A DNA stretch of 64,000 nucleotides from a virus. Location of the stretch: positions 2,517 to 66,516 of IMG/VR virus record IMGVR_UViG_3300042387_002461, one strand, 5' to 3'. The notes below the pieces were generated by a model. The model did no database searches and was not told the DNA's origin. It was given only the letters and a program-made list of their open reading frames with translations. Positions 35,927 through 45,024 of this stretch are shown piece after piece; within the stretch, counting starts at the first letter, position 1; every line of letters starts with the position of its first letter. Both the position numbers and the translations under genes were made by a program.

Positions 35927-36778
35927 CTACTTCGAAATCTTTCCTTTCTTCTTATCCTTCACCAAAATATCCATTAGTCGTTTATTAAGTTCTTTGTTAC
36001 TAAATTGCAGAGCAGTCTCTGTTCCTTTCCAAAGCAACTGATTAACGCGAGTAGAATCAAAGCCTCGCATTGGACGAGTTACTCCTTCAACTCCTCGAAT
36101 GACATTCTCTTGCACTCGGTTAAAGACTTCCCAAGCAGAAGATCCTTCGTCTTCCTTGCGTCGAGGTGTCAGAAGCAAGTTACTCATTTTATCAAGATCT
36201 CCAAAAGACTTTGGAAGTGATTGGCGATACAAATAGCGGCCCTTAATTGCGTACTCTGCAAAGGAACGTTGCTCAGACTCTGTCAATTGACGAGACTTAA
36301 ATCCTTCAATGATTTCAAGAATCTTTGGAAAGCGTTCCGACAATTCGACAGTCTGATCAAGAATTGCTTGCAAGCGGTTATCAGAAAAGCGGTGCTTTGT
36401 TTTGAAGCTTGTAGTTGGGCCTGTTGATACAATTAAGCCGTTACTACACGCGAATTTAAAGTAACCCATCACCATCATGAACTTTTTTGTTTTGTTATGT
36501 GCATTCATGAGCTCCAAACGAAGAATTCCTTCTTGATTATTATTTGGATCAGCAGCCAGAGCGAGATCTTTATCATGCACTAATGTTACCTTATGTGACG
36601 CATAAGGAGAACGGCCTTGAGCACTTGCCTGAGTAATGTTCCAACCATTCTCAAGAACATGCTCCAAAATGTTTCGAGTGGAAACGAATTGATATTTTCC
36701 GGAGGTATTGTCGCCTCCACGTGTTGCTCCAATTGATGGAACTGTTTCAATGGCTTCTTGCAGTGAGTAAGTTTTCAT
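35927..36778 (-). CDS. DUF932 family protein
   Basis: S.KY.FV.T...GW...L.N.H.......GYFKFACSNGLIV...WEVFNRVQEN. Confidence 0.8.
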   Translation of the reverse strand: MKTYSLQEAIETVPSIGATRGGDNTSGKYQFVSTRNILEHVLENGWNITQASAQGRSPYASHKVTLVHDKDLALAADPNNNQEGILRLELMNAHNKTKKFMMVMGYFKFACSNGLIVSTGPTTSFKTKHRFSDNRLQAILDQTVELSERFPKILEIIEGFKSRQLTESEQRSFAEYAIKGRYLYRQSLPKSFGDLDKMSNLLLTPRRKEDEGSSAWEVFNRVQENVIRGVEGVTRPMRGFDSTRVNQLLWKGTETALQFSNKELNKRLMDILVKDKKKGKISK

Positions 36779-36883
36779 AATTTTGATTTGTTAGTGTGTT
36801 TAACTTCAAATTTGATCTTAGACTCTTTTGAAAGGACAAGCAACGACATTTTGAACTCACTAAGGAAAATTATTCAAAAGAGA

Positions 36884-37447
36884 TCAATCCTCAGCAAAGT
36901 AATGGAGTCTAGAAATTTTCTTAAAGATTTTTTCTCCTCGCCTAGCGATACCGCAACATTCCTTTTGGATGTAATTCACTGGATTTTTTATTTCAAACAT
37001 GAAAGCAAACATATTGCCATACAAAAATTGTTTTTTCCTGTCGTTGTAGCCGGCAAAATAATTAATAAAATTTACTGAAGCCAGTGAGAGCTCTCTAGCA
37101 AATAGTTCGATGCTCTCCTGAATTGTTTCTTCTTCTGAAAGAGTTTGGTCGCAAAACTGACTTCTCAATATCAATTTGTCTAGCGTTACTTTATTTTTCA
37201 ACAAATTCGTTCGAAACGTTTCCCAAGTATAATTTCTACATTCCTTTAGCCTTTTGTAAATGTTTGTAGACACATAAAAATCATAAAAGTCTTTCTTTTT
37301 GATATTCCGTTCGTCCATTTCAGCAGCAATTGAGCAGGCATAGCCAGAACTCTCGCTGCTCACAAAAAAGCTCTTCGACAAAAAGTCAAAAAATGGCTCG
37401 TGAAATATGATATTGTCTTTTTCTATAAACGGCTCGTCAAAGTGCAT
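36884..37447 (-). CDS. hypothetical protein
   Basis: 187 aa ORF. Confidence 0.6.
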   Translation of the reverse strand: MHFDEPFIEKDNIIFHEPFFDFLSKSFFVSSESSGYACSIAAEMDERNIKKKDFYDFYVSTNIYKRLKECRNYTWETFRTNLLKNKVTLDKLILRSQFCDQTLSEEETIQESIELFARELSLASVNFINYFAGYNDRKKQFLYGNMFAFMFEIKNPVNYIQKECCGIARRGEKIFKKISRLHYFAED

Positions 37448-37456
37448 TTGAATTAA

Positions 37457-37840
37457 TTATTTTGTTTTGAGTTTCCAAGCATGCTTAACAATAGACCTCG
37501 GAGTAGCATCTCCTGGCATATCAAAAACATCTCCATCAACAATCGCAAAGGCATGATTTCTCTTCCTAGCATAAAAGGAGCCTTTTGAATACTTCTTGCA
37601 GAACTTTTGAATCGTGACTGGCTTGCGAAGCTTTACAGGAACGAGCTTTGCTTCCGAATCCTTATTAAAGAAGTCGATAAGCTTCTTTGAACAGAAACCT
37701 CTCTTCAGCTTTCTGCCAGCTTTTTTAGAAATTTCAAGACACTGCTGGTAAGGAATTTTTGTGGAAACACTCAGAGCTACTACTGTGCAGTTGTTTTTCT
37801 CTACTTTGTAACCTTCTAAAGTCGGCTTGATAAAGTTCAT
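37457..37840 (-). CDS. papain/C39-like Cys-His protein
   Basis: NNCTVVAL...PY...HAFAIVDG. Confidence 0.55.
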   Translation of the reverse strand: MNFIKPTLEGYKVEKNNCTVVALSVSTKIPYQQCLEISKKAGRKLKRGFCSKKLIDFFNKDSEAKLVPVKLRKPVTIQKFCKKYSKGSFYARKRNHAFAIVDGDVFDMPGDATPRSIVKHAWKLKTK

Positions 37841-37879
37841 ACAAGTTTAGAATGAAATTTTGAAGAGGACAATTCAATC

Positions 37880-39397
37880 CTAAAAACCATCCAAGGCACT
37901 CATATCGAATTCTTTTTCAAGAGTGCTCAACATTTTCTTTCTCTGTTGAACCCATTTCTCTACTTCATTTGCTTTATCTGGACTTAGATCATACAATGCA
38001 TAGTGCTTTGCTTCAGGGATTTCCTTATATGAACTTGGCCCCTTATTAACTATCAACATTCCGTTAATGACAGTATTTTCTCCTCCCGCAAAAGATTCGA
38101 CTTTGTCCATTTCACAATCTCCGTTTATTACTTTTGGAAATCCTTTAAGCGACAAAACGTTACGAACAACAAGTTTGTGATTCAATTCTGGAGGAAGTCC
38201 TTCATATGATTTTACTGGACCGCCAATTCTTACTTCGCAGTTCTTAGACAATTTTGGAAATCCTTTTAGGTTTTCAATTTTTGATTCTGAATCTGCTACA
38301 CAAAGCTCTCCTTTAACTTCTTTTGGAAAAACGAATTGTCCGTTTACTAAGCATCGTGTGCTCAAGCTACCTTCGAAAATATAATTTTTAAAAGCATTGA
38401 TATCTTTGGTTATGCTTTCATGCACGAGAGTTAACTTATGATAAAAATCAGCATTTTCTGGAACAATTTTGAGACTGCCTTGTGTTTTGACATTATTAAT
38501 TAGATCAAAGTATGCCATTCCGTCTTTTAACTTTTCGAGCTCTTTGATTTTTTGTGATTCATTATAAACCTTTACAAGGCCCTTTGAAGTATTGATTGCC
38601 ATCTTACTGTACATTACGCCTATCACATTTAACTTTCCGTCAACAAAAGTTGTTGAATCTGAGCGATGTTCAGGCACGGACATTCCATAAGCAGAAGACA
38701 TGCTTTGGTGATTGAACGAGGCAGTCTTTACAAGCTTGTTAGAAATCAAATCAACCTTTTTATAAAAAATTTGACTCTCTCCAATTTCTTTTGGAATGAT
38801 TGAAGGACAATTGTTGAAAATATCGTCTCCACTAAAGGTTGGCTTATAAGCAAGAATCATTACTCTAATTTTGCCATCAATAAAAGAAAGCGGTTCAGTA
38901 AGCCAAGCAAACTCTCCTTCTTTTACGAAGAGCTTCTTAAAAGTATTTTCTATGTCTTCGTTTGATTCTATTTCTGTTGCTGCCTCTGCATGTCTTTTAT
39001 GGTCTTCTGGAGCAATATCGTTTGATGTTAGTTCTTTCCTGCCTTGATACTTCTTGGCAGCTTGAATAGATCTAAAAGGTCCAACGAGCAACAAAGACTT
39101 GGCCTTGCCAATCTTTCCGTCCTCAAATTCTAAAGCAAATTCCGTTGTAATATAGCTTCCGCTGCCAATAGCACGATGACCAATTACTCTACCAACAGCA
39201 TTAGTATAATCATGCAAATACTTTGGCATGTTCCTCTCGACATAGTCTTTATCAGAAGGCTGCGGATTTTGAATGAGCACAACATCTCCGAGTTGATACT
39301 TTGCTCTTGGAGGCGGAACACTAAACTTCTCTGGAGGTGGCGGAAGATTTGCTTCGCTCTCTACAGATTCAAAGAAGAATTGTTTGAATGATTTCAT
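37880..39397 (-). CDS. late protein: CTS-like N-terminus, KOW-like domain, SLKGFP repeats, EFDMSALDGF tail
   Basis: GATAAATA; MKSFKQFFFES; tail shared with 42630-50088 cluster. Confidence 0.8.
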   Translation of the reverse strand: MKSFKQFFFESVESEANLPPPPEKFSVPPPRAKYQLGDVVLIQNPQPSDKDYVERNMPKYLHDYTNAVGRVIGHRAIGSGSYITTEFALEFEDGKIGKAKSLLLVGPFRSIQAAKKYQGRKELTSNDIAPEDHKRHAEAATEIESNEDIENTFKKLFVKEGEFAWLTEPLSFIDGKIRVMILAYKPTFSGDDIFNNCPSIIPKEIGESQIFYKKVDLISNKLVKTASFNHQSMSSAYGMSVPEHRSDSTTFVDGKLNVIGVMYSKMAINTSKGLVKVYNESQKIKELEKLKDGMAYFDLINNVKTQGSLKIVPENADFYHKLTLVHESITKDINAFKNYIFEGSLSTRCLVNGQFVFPKEVKGELCVADSESKIENLKGFPKLSKNCEVRIGGPVKSYEGLPPELNHKLVVRNVLSLKGFPKVINGDCEMDKVESFAGGENTVINGMLIVNKGPSSYKEIPEAKHYALYDLSPDKANEVEKWVQQRKKMLSTLEKEFDMSALDGF

Positions 39398-39443
39398 TGA
39401 AGTTATTTATCTCTAAAAAGTCTTTCTGACGCCCGTCGCAAGA

Positions 39444-39487
39444 CATACTGATTCTTGGCACTAGGATCGTTTTAAAAGCGTTTTGTT
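39444..39487. repeat. 44-bp dispersed intergenic repeat, copy 5
   Basis: CATACTGATTCTTGGCACTAGGATCGTTTTAAAAGCGTTTTGTT. Confidence 0.85.
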
Positions 39488-39544
39488 GATAAATCAAGAG
39501 AGGTCCCAGGAAAACCCGGAACCCCTCCTTCTGTTATGAAATTT

Positions 39545-39709
39545 TTAGTTTGGTTGCAGGAACTTGCTGATCTCTTCGAGCTTCTGCAGAACATGTTGCA
39601 AATCACTTGGACAAGGTTTGTTTGGTGAGAAGTCATAAAAACGCTCTGTGCGCTGTTTGATGACTTCAACTTCTCCGTAGATTGCTTGCAATGTTTTATT
39701 GGTGTTCAT
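39545..39709 (-). CDS. hypothetical early cassette protein, 54 aa
   Basis: Not in ORF track; MNTNKTLQAIYGE behind own promoter. Confidence 0.65.
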   Translation of the reverse strand: MNTNKTLQAIYGEVEVIKQRTERFYDFSPNKPCPSDLQHVLQKLEEISKFLQPN

Positions 39710-39744
39710 AACGAGATTGATATTAGAGGTTGATTATGGACAGG

Positions 39745-39969
39745 TCAAGCGACTAGTTTATCCCAATTTTCATCAATATAATTCATGATGTCTTCTCGAA
39801 TCTGCCCTTCCTCTCCTTCATAATCGAGCTCTTCCTCATTGAAAAAGATCTGCTCATCATAAAATTTACCATCCTTCGTATAAACAATGACCTCGTAGGT
39901 GTTGCCTTCATGTTCAATGTTGAACACATAATTATTTACTTCGTTTTTATTTGTTAGTGTTGTTTTCAT
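39745..39969 (-). CDS. hypothetical acidic early cassette protein
   Basis: Start corrected; stop overlaps next -35. Confidence 0.7.
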   Translation of the reverse strand: MKTTLTNKNEVNNYVFNIEHEGNTYEVIVYTKDGKFYDEQIFFNEEELDYEGEEGQIREDIMNYIDENWDKLVA

Positions 39970-40004
39970 AACAGGATTGATCTTAGAGGTTGTTGTTGGA
40001 CAGC

Positions 40005-40148
40005 TCAATCAAAAATTTCTTCCCACTCTACTTTATATTGTTGATCTTTAAGAACAAGGATCAGTTCTTCTCTCTCGCTCTCCGTGTCGACAACGAATGT
40101 TTGTGGTTTTTGCCAAGCTGAATATGCTTTGATTTCGTAATGTTTCAT
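40005..40148 (-). CDS. hypothetical early cassette protein
   Basis: Start corrected; stop overlaps next -35. Confidence 0.65.
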   Translation of the reverse strand: MKHYEIKAYSAWQKPQTFVVDTESEREELILVLKDQQYKVEWEEIFD

Positions 40149-40242
40149 AACAGGAATGATTCTAAGAATCCTTTGAGGACAGCTCAAGAATTCTTTTGAG
40201 AAGACTGTTCAAAAGCTCCTGCAGATTGCGCTTTTAAAGCGT

Positions 40243-40269
40243 CTAGGATCGTTTTAAAATCGTTTTGTT
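40243..40269. repeat. dispersed intergenic repeat, partial copy 6
   Basis: CTAGGATCGTTTTAAAATCGTTTTGTT. Confidence 0.75.
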
Positions 40270-40393
40270 CTCTCAAACGTAGTCTGACTCGTTTTTGAGT
40301 TCAAGATCAAGTCTGAGTTGATCTATTTGCTAAGAAGCAAGAAAAGTCTCTGAAATTAATCAAAGACTCTTCTCTTTTTGAATTTTTAGAAGT

Positions 40394-40600
40394 TCAAGCT
40401 ACAAGCTGAAGAAAATCTTCTAGCTGTTTGATTGCTTCTTCTTTTGTATCTGCTTGAGACATAATAATATCATCAATTTGTTGCAGACCATTTTCAATTG
40501 AAAGACCACCAAACCAATAATCTTGAGCAAGAACATCTTCAGAGCTCTTAACTTCGATTGTGTCGTCGCTGTAGAGGAAACCAATGTATTTTTTAATCAT
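40394..40600 (-). CDS. hypothetical early cassette protein
   Basis: Start corrected. Confidence 0.7.
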   Translation of the reverse strand: MIKKYIGFLYSDDTIEVKSSEDVLAQDYWFGGLSIENGLQQIDDIIMSQADTKEEAIKQLEDFLQLVA

Positions 40601-40653
40601 AACAGAATTGATATTAGAGATTGGATGAGGACAGTTCAAGAATTATTTCAAGA

Positions 40654-40992
40654 CTACTTCAAGAAGTCTCGAAGCTCTTCAACGTGTCCTCTGTTAGCTA
40701 GATTGTTGATGTACTTGTCTGCACTAGCAACGTGCTTGAACAGATTGTCAAGAACTACTTCACTAAATTTGTTCAGCTCATAAGAATCTTCGCTGCAATC
40801 AAGATCAGCTGCATCGACATACGAAGCAATTGCTTCATCGTCTGTAAGAAAAATATCTATGACTTTTTGATCATCTCTGAGACAGCGACATGTTGCTAGA
40901 CCATTGTGGTCAAACAAGTTAACTTTCTTGCAATTATTATTCAGCAAATCGACTACTCGTTGCTGATCTGGATTTAGTGTGATGTTGTTCAT
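40654..40992 (-). CDS. hypothetical early cassette protein
   Basis: Start corrected. Confidence 0.7.
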   Translation of the reverse strand: MNNITLNPDQQRVVDLLNNNCKKVNLFDHNGLATCRCLRDDQKVIDIFLTDDEAIASYVDAADLDCSEDSYELNKFSEVVLDNLFKHVASADKYINNLANRGHVEELRDFLK

Positions 40993-41088
40993 GACAAGAT
41001 CCATCTTAGAGACTGATTGAGGACAGTCCAACGGAAAGATTGACGAAGATTGTTCTTGAAGTGTCCATGAAGATTCTCGAATATATAT

Positions 41089-41206
41089 GAACAGTTAAGC
41101 AAGAGTGAGTCTCGACTCTTAAAATCAGGACGAACGAGAGGTCAAACTCTTTTAAGGTTTGTTACTGGAGGCTGCTCTAATATAAACAGGAGCGTTGACC
41201 TGTCCA
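41089..41206 (+). ncRNA. candidate small multi-branched RNA
   Basis: Plus-strand early promoter at 41056 with no ORF behind it; three hairpins inside a closing stem. Confidence 0.4.
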
Positions 41207-41687
41207 CTAAAAGAGTCTCCAATCAATGCATGAACAAAAAGCAAGCAGTTTAAAGTTGTGTTGTCCTTTTAATTGTTGGTCAATTGAAGAGCAGCTCAGA
41301 ATCTGTCGTAAAGCTTTGCAAATCAACATTTGATTAAAGTGTTGATAAGGAAGCCTCATGATCTCTTTGAGAAGGAAGGAGTTATGCAAATTTGTATAAA
41401 CCCTTGAAGCACTGTAGAGAGAGAAAAACAGTTTGGGAGAGAAAAGTTCAAAAAGAAAGCTCTAGTTGTTCGGGAGAGAAAGTTCGGACTATTTCAGAGA
41501 TTTGTTTTGCGCTCTCTTCGAACTCTTTCCAAATGTCTGTTGAACGAACTTCTTCTTTCTGAGAATATTCAAAAACAAATTCGAGCTGTTCCATAATGAC
41601 ATCTTCAAACATTTTTCAAAAAGGACAACAATTGTCCAAAAGATTTTGTTGTGTTGTCCGAAAATAATCTTTAGAGTCTTTTCTGTT

Positions 41688-42602
41688 ATGAACGTACTAA
41701 GCAATCAATCATCTGCTAACAAGCAATTCACGAGAGCTTCGGAAGTAGTTATTCCGGATATCTTTAATAGGAGGTTCTTTACAGGCAAAGAAGAACTTGA
41801 TAACGTCTTCGGAGGAAGTGGTTTCGTTCCAGGTTTTACATTTACTCTTGCAGCAGCACCTGGAACTGGTAAGACAACTTTTTGTTTGCAAACGCTTGAG
41901 TTGCTGGAGCTTAACGGAAAGAGAACAGCATACATTTCCGGAGAAGAGACTCAAGAGCAACTTGCATTTACTTCAAAACGTATTAATGTTCAAAGAGTTC
42001 CACTTGCTAACTTGACTGACGTAGATGAGATTTGTAATGCAATGAGAGAGAATAAGTTTGATTTTGTCATTCTGGATTCTCTTCCAGCACTTACTGTCAA
42101 GCATAAGATGAGCTCTAGAGAGAAAGAAGAGTATGTTACAACAAAGCTTATTCAGACTGCTAAAGAGAATGAGATTTGTATTGGAGTGATTTTGCACTTT
42201 ACTAAAAATGGTACGTATAAAGGCAGTACTTTATATCCGCACAGTTGCGATTGCACGCTAATTATGCAGCGAAATGATGAGGATGAATCTCTGAGAGATA
42301 TTGAATCCACCAAGAATCGCTTCGGAGGGACTGGGTTAATGACTATTGAAATGTCTGCAAGAGGTTTTACTTTTGAGAAAGTTGACGAAAGCAGAGTGCA
42401 ACCAAAAGAGAAAGCAAAGAAAGCTTCAAAGCGCGACGTTGTTCTACAAGCTCTTGAAGAGGGAGAGAAAACCATAGCAGATCTTGCGAGAGAGACTGGA
42501 GTCAATGGTCAGTATCTTGTAGCAATCTTGAGAGATCTATCAAACGAAGGAGTTGTTTCAAAAGAAGGCAAAGGAGCTCAAGCAGTCTTCAAGAAGCTCT
42601 GA
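41688..42602 (+). CDS. RadA/Sms-like RecA-fold ATPase with C-terminal wHTH, paralog of 30141..31061
   Basis: AAPGTGKT, YISGEE, VILDS, KNRFG; start corrected. Confidence 0.85.
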   Translation: MNVLSNQSSANKQFTRASEVVIPDIFNRRFFTGKEELDNVFGGSGFVPGFTFTLAAAPGTGKTTFCLQTLELLELNGKRTAYISGEETQEQLAFTSKRINVQRVPLANLTDVDEICNAMRENKFDFVILDSLPALTVKHKMSSREKEEYVTTKLIQTAKENEICIGVILHFTKNGTYKGSTLYPHSCDCTLIMQRNDEDESLRDIESTKNRFGGTGLMTIEMSARGFTFEKVDESRVQPKEKAKKASKRDVVLQALEEGEKTIADLARETGVNGQYLVAILRDLSNEGVVSKEGKGAQAVFKKL

Positions 42603-42629
42603 GAGAGAAACAAACATTAAATAATCTTC

Positions 42630-43310
42630 ATGAACAAAGACCAGAAACTTTTAGAAGAAGCTTATCAGAGTATTTGCGAATCTTCTGAACAAGAGTTGCT
42701 CACTCACATCAAAAGAGAAACTGCTAAGCTGAAAGATCCTTCTGATCCAATTTCTATGGAACTAGGAACAGACGAGAAAGGAAGCTTTGTTTATAAATCA
42801 AGTATTTATAAACCAGGTGGAGTCTATAAGTCTTATATTGGAAGTTTGTTTAGTCCAGACCTAAAAGAAGTTCCTCGCAGCACTCCAATTAAAGAAGGAA
42901 TGATGTGGACAGAGCAAGACATCAATACAAAGATTGTTTACAGAGCAACAATGATTGACGGAAGGTTGATGAAGAAGATGGTCCCTCCTCAGGAAGCAAG
43001 AGAAAAAGGATTGACAAACTTGATATCAAAGTATGCTCTTGAAAAAGAAGCAGAGAGAAAGCATAAAGGCAATATTGATCTTGCAAGAGGTTGGCGTATT
43101 ATTAATGCTCCAGTAGATTTCAATGTAAAGTTTTATAGTCCTGAAGAAATTTTTAAAAGTTTAGAAGCATTATATAAAGATGGAAAGTATAAGAAGGAGT
43201 ACGAAAAAATTGTTGGAATCTACAAACAAAAGTTAAAGGAGAGAGAAATTGATGCGAAGCTTTCTGATACTTTTAATCAAGATGACTTAGAAGCTTTGAA
43301 AGACTTTTGA
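42630..43310 (+). CDS. MNKDQxLLEEAY-family protein with DDLEALKDF tail
   Basis: TAAATA promoter; shared termini. Confidence 0.85.
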   Translation: MNKDQKLLEEAYQSICESSEQELLTHIKRETAKLKDPSDPISMELGTDEKGSFVYKSSIYKPGGVYKSYIGSLFSPDLKEVPRSTPIKEGMMWTEQDINTKIVYRATMIDGRLMKKMVPPQEAREKGLTNLISKYALEKEAERKHKGNIDLARGWRIINAPVDFNVKFYSPEEIFKSLEALYKDGKYKKEYEKIVGIYKQKLKEREIDAKLSDTFNQDDLEALKDF

Positions 43311-43322
43311 TAATTACTCTTC

Positions 43323-43931
43323 ATGAACAAAGATCAAAAGCTGTTAGAAGAAGCATACAATAAGATTTGCGAATCAACAAAAGATGATACTTTGCTTGCT
43401 TCAGAAGAAGAATTAATTCACTTAATAGCAGACTTGCTTATAGAGTCAATCGGAAGAGAAGAGCCTCGTTTGAGCAGAAGCAACGGAATCGTACCTCTTG
43501 ACCAACTTCTGTCTTCTTTCGATTTTTTCAAAGAACATCTGAATGAAAAATTTTTAAAAGCTATCAACTGTCCTCCGGGCTTACAAACAGCATGCGGAGA
43601 TATTTATTTAGAGTACGGTTATGGACCGTTTAGTGCTAATAGTCATTTTCATTTCTTTGGAGCTAACAAACGTTTTACTGACAAAAGTTTCTTAGAATTA
43701 ACTCTTCTGGACGGAAGTAAAGTCAAAGCAGACTATAAAGACAAACAAGCTATTCAAACAGTTCTACGGGATTACATTATTAGAGCAACTGATGAAAGTC
43801 TCAATAATAGTGCAAGAGTAAATCCTTACCATAAAAGATTTTTTGAATGGAGAAAGAAAAAGATGCAAGAGCTTCAAAGAGACAAGCAACTCTCTAAGGA
43901 TTTTGATATAAGTGCTCTCGAAGGCTTCTAA
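43323..43931 (+). CDS. MNKDQxLLEEAY-family protein with DFDISALEGF tail
   Basis: Shared termini. Confidence 0.85.
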   Translation: MNKDQKLLEEAYNKICESTKDDTLLASEEELIHLIADLLIESIGREEPRLSRSNGIVPLDQLLSSFDFFKEHLNEKFLKAINCPPGLQTACGDIYLEYGYGPFSANSHFHFFGANKRFTDKSFLELTLLDGSKVKADYKDKQAIQTVLRDYIIRATDESLNNSARVNPYHKRFFEWRKKKMQELQRDKQLSKDFDISALEGF

Positions 43932-44404
43932 CAACCAAATGCTTCACAAAGAACTTCTTCGATTGTCTTCTCTTTAACTTCTACTTGAGCTTTTTCTGAA
44001 TAGTAATCTCCATAAGGATCATCCATCAGAACATCTGAAGCAGTTTGTGTCACTTGAACTTTCTTTGAAGCACAAGCTTGCGGAACCAATCTCTTAACTT
44101 TTTCGAGTATGATGATCAGCAGTTGATGGAAGTGCAGTTGGTTTGTTGAGCCTTTGACAAACTCTAGAACGTCTTCCTTTGAGAATTTTCCTTTGAGCTC
44201 TGAGAAAGGATTTTCATAACTAGAAAAAACGAGAAGAGGAATATAAGAAACAGCAACTTGAGCAGAGTCTTTGATTACATGAGCAGCTGATGGATTGTTA
44301 ATTGTAATTCCGATGGAGGGATCTTCAGAAGCCTTCTTAGCTGCTTTGTAGAGCTTTGCTTGTTTCAGAGAACTATTTTCTAGTAAGACATCGATAAATT
44401 TCAT
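43928..44404 (-). CDS. hypothetical late protein
   Basis: MKFIDVLLEN; TAATTA upstream. Confidence 0.7.
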   Translation of the reverse strand: MKFIDVLLENSSLKQAKLYKAAKKASEDPSIGITINNPSAAHVIKDSAQVAVSYIPLLVFSSYENPFSELKGKFSKEDVLEFVKGSTNQLHFHQLLIIILEKVKRLVPQACASKKVQVTQTASDVLMDDPYGDYYSEKAQVEVKEKTIEEVLCEAFGC

Positions 44405-44425
44405 AGAGAGAGAATAATTAATAAA

Positions 44426-45013
44426 GTGTACAAGAATTTAAAAATATTGCTAGAGAATTATGGATCGAAAGAGCCAGCTTATTTTGGTCCTCTAGATAAG
44501 AAAGAAGCCTTTATGAATTGGCTTAAGAGATTAGATTATGAAGTGCATGAAGATGGTTCTGTGAGTGTTAAAGGAGATGTAGATTTTAGATATAACGAGC
44601 AGGGACAGTTTCGTGTATGTATATCTGACAACATAGAAAAGTATATCGTTTCTAGGCTTCCATTCAACTTTCGAAAGGTTACTGGTGACTTTATGTGTCC
44701 AAAGCAGATTACGACTTTAACGGGATCTCCGAGATACGTTGGCGGAACCTTTACATCTGGTCCTGATAATCAAAACATTTCTTCTTTAGAGGGAGCTCCG
44801 GATTATGTTGGAAAAGACTTTTGGTGCATGAGTGCTAAATTAACAACTCTAGAAGGAGCTCCGGAAGTTATTAAAGGATACTTTGGAACCAAATGGTTTT
44901 CAAAAGAAGATTATAGAGAGTATGCAGAAAAGGCAGCAAGAGAGAAAAGAATTCAAAAGAAACTAGATAAAGAACTAGATCCAGAGTTTGATGTAGATTT
45001 GAAAGACTTTTGA
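44426..45013 (+). CDS. SLEGAP-repeat (LRR-like solenoid) protein with EFDVDLKDF tail
   Basis: LxxLEGAPxxVGxxFxC repeats. Confidence 0.8.
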   Translation: MYKNLKILLENYGSKEPAYFGPLDKKEAFMNWLKRLDYEVHEDGSVSVKGDVDFRYNEQGQFRVCISDNIEKYIVSRLPFNFRKVTGDFMCPKQITTLTGSPRYVGGTFTSGPDNQNISSLEGAPDYVGKDFWCMSAKLTTLEGAPEVIKGYFGTKWFSKEDYREYAEKAAREKRIQKKLDKELDPEFDVDLKDF

Positions 45014-45024
45014 TAATTACTAGA

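Larger units (their letters stand above)
1699..41031 (-). promoter_or_regulatory. dispersed family of roughly 45 early-type promoters, consensus TTGAnCTGTCCwCAnnnATCTCTAAkAT-N10-ATG
   Basis: Plus-strand ATyTTAGAG...GGACAGnTCAA at about 1724, 7317, 9782, 10888, 11416, 11904, 12172, 12523, 13043, 13252, 14203, 14485, 15050, 16678, 17444, 20731, 20953, 21341, 21709, 21931, 25456, 25752, 25981, 26488, 26718, 27244, 27516, 29472, 29759, 30135, 32533, 32893, 33361, 33980, 34598, 36833, 37866, 39738, 39998, 40177, 40629, 41021; -35/-10 spacing 17 nt; plus-strand copies at ~41056 and ~41650. Confidence 0.85.

Noticed and set aside
1699-41031. Promoter repeats or the 44-bp repeat as a CRISPR array for TnpB
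   Set aside because: Units are separated by whole genes or kilobases, not 25-45 nt spacers; no cas1/cas2 in the window
10620-41688. Apparent shared N-terminal peptide M(S/I/N/T)CPxxISxIxxVM on ~20 ORF-track proteins
   Set aside because: It is the translated promoter repeat (TTG of the -35 box taken as start); true starts are the downstream ATGs
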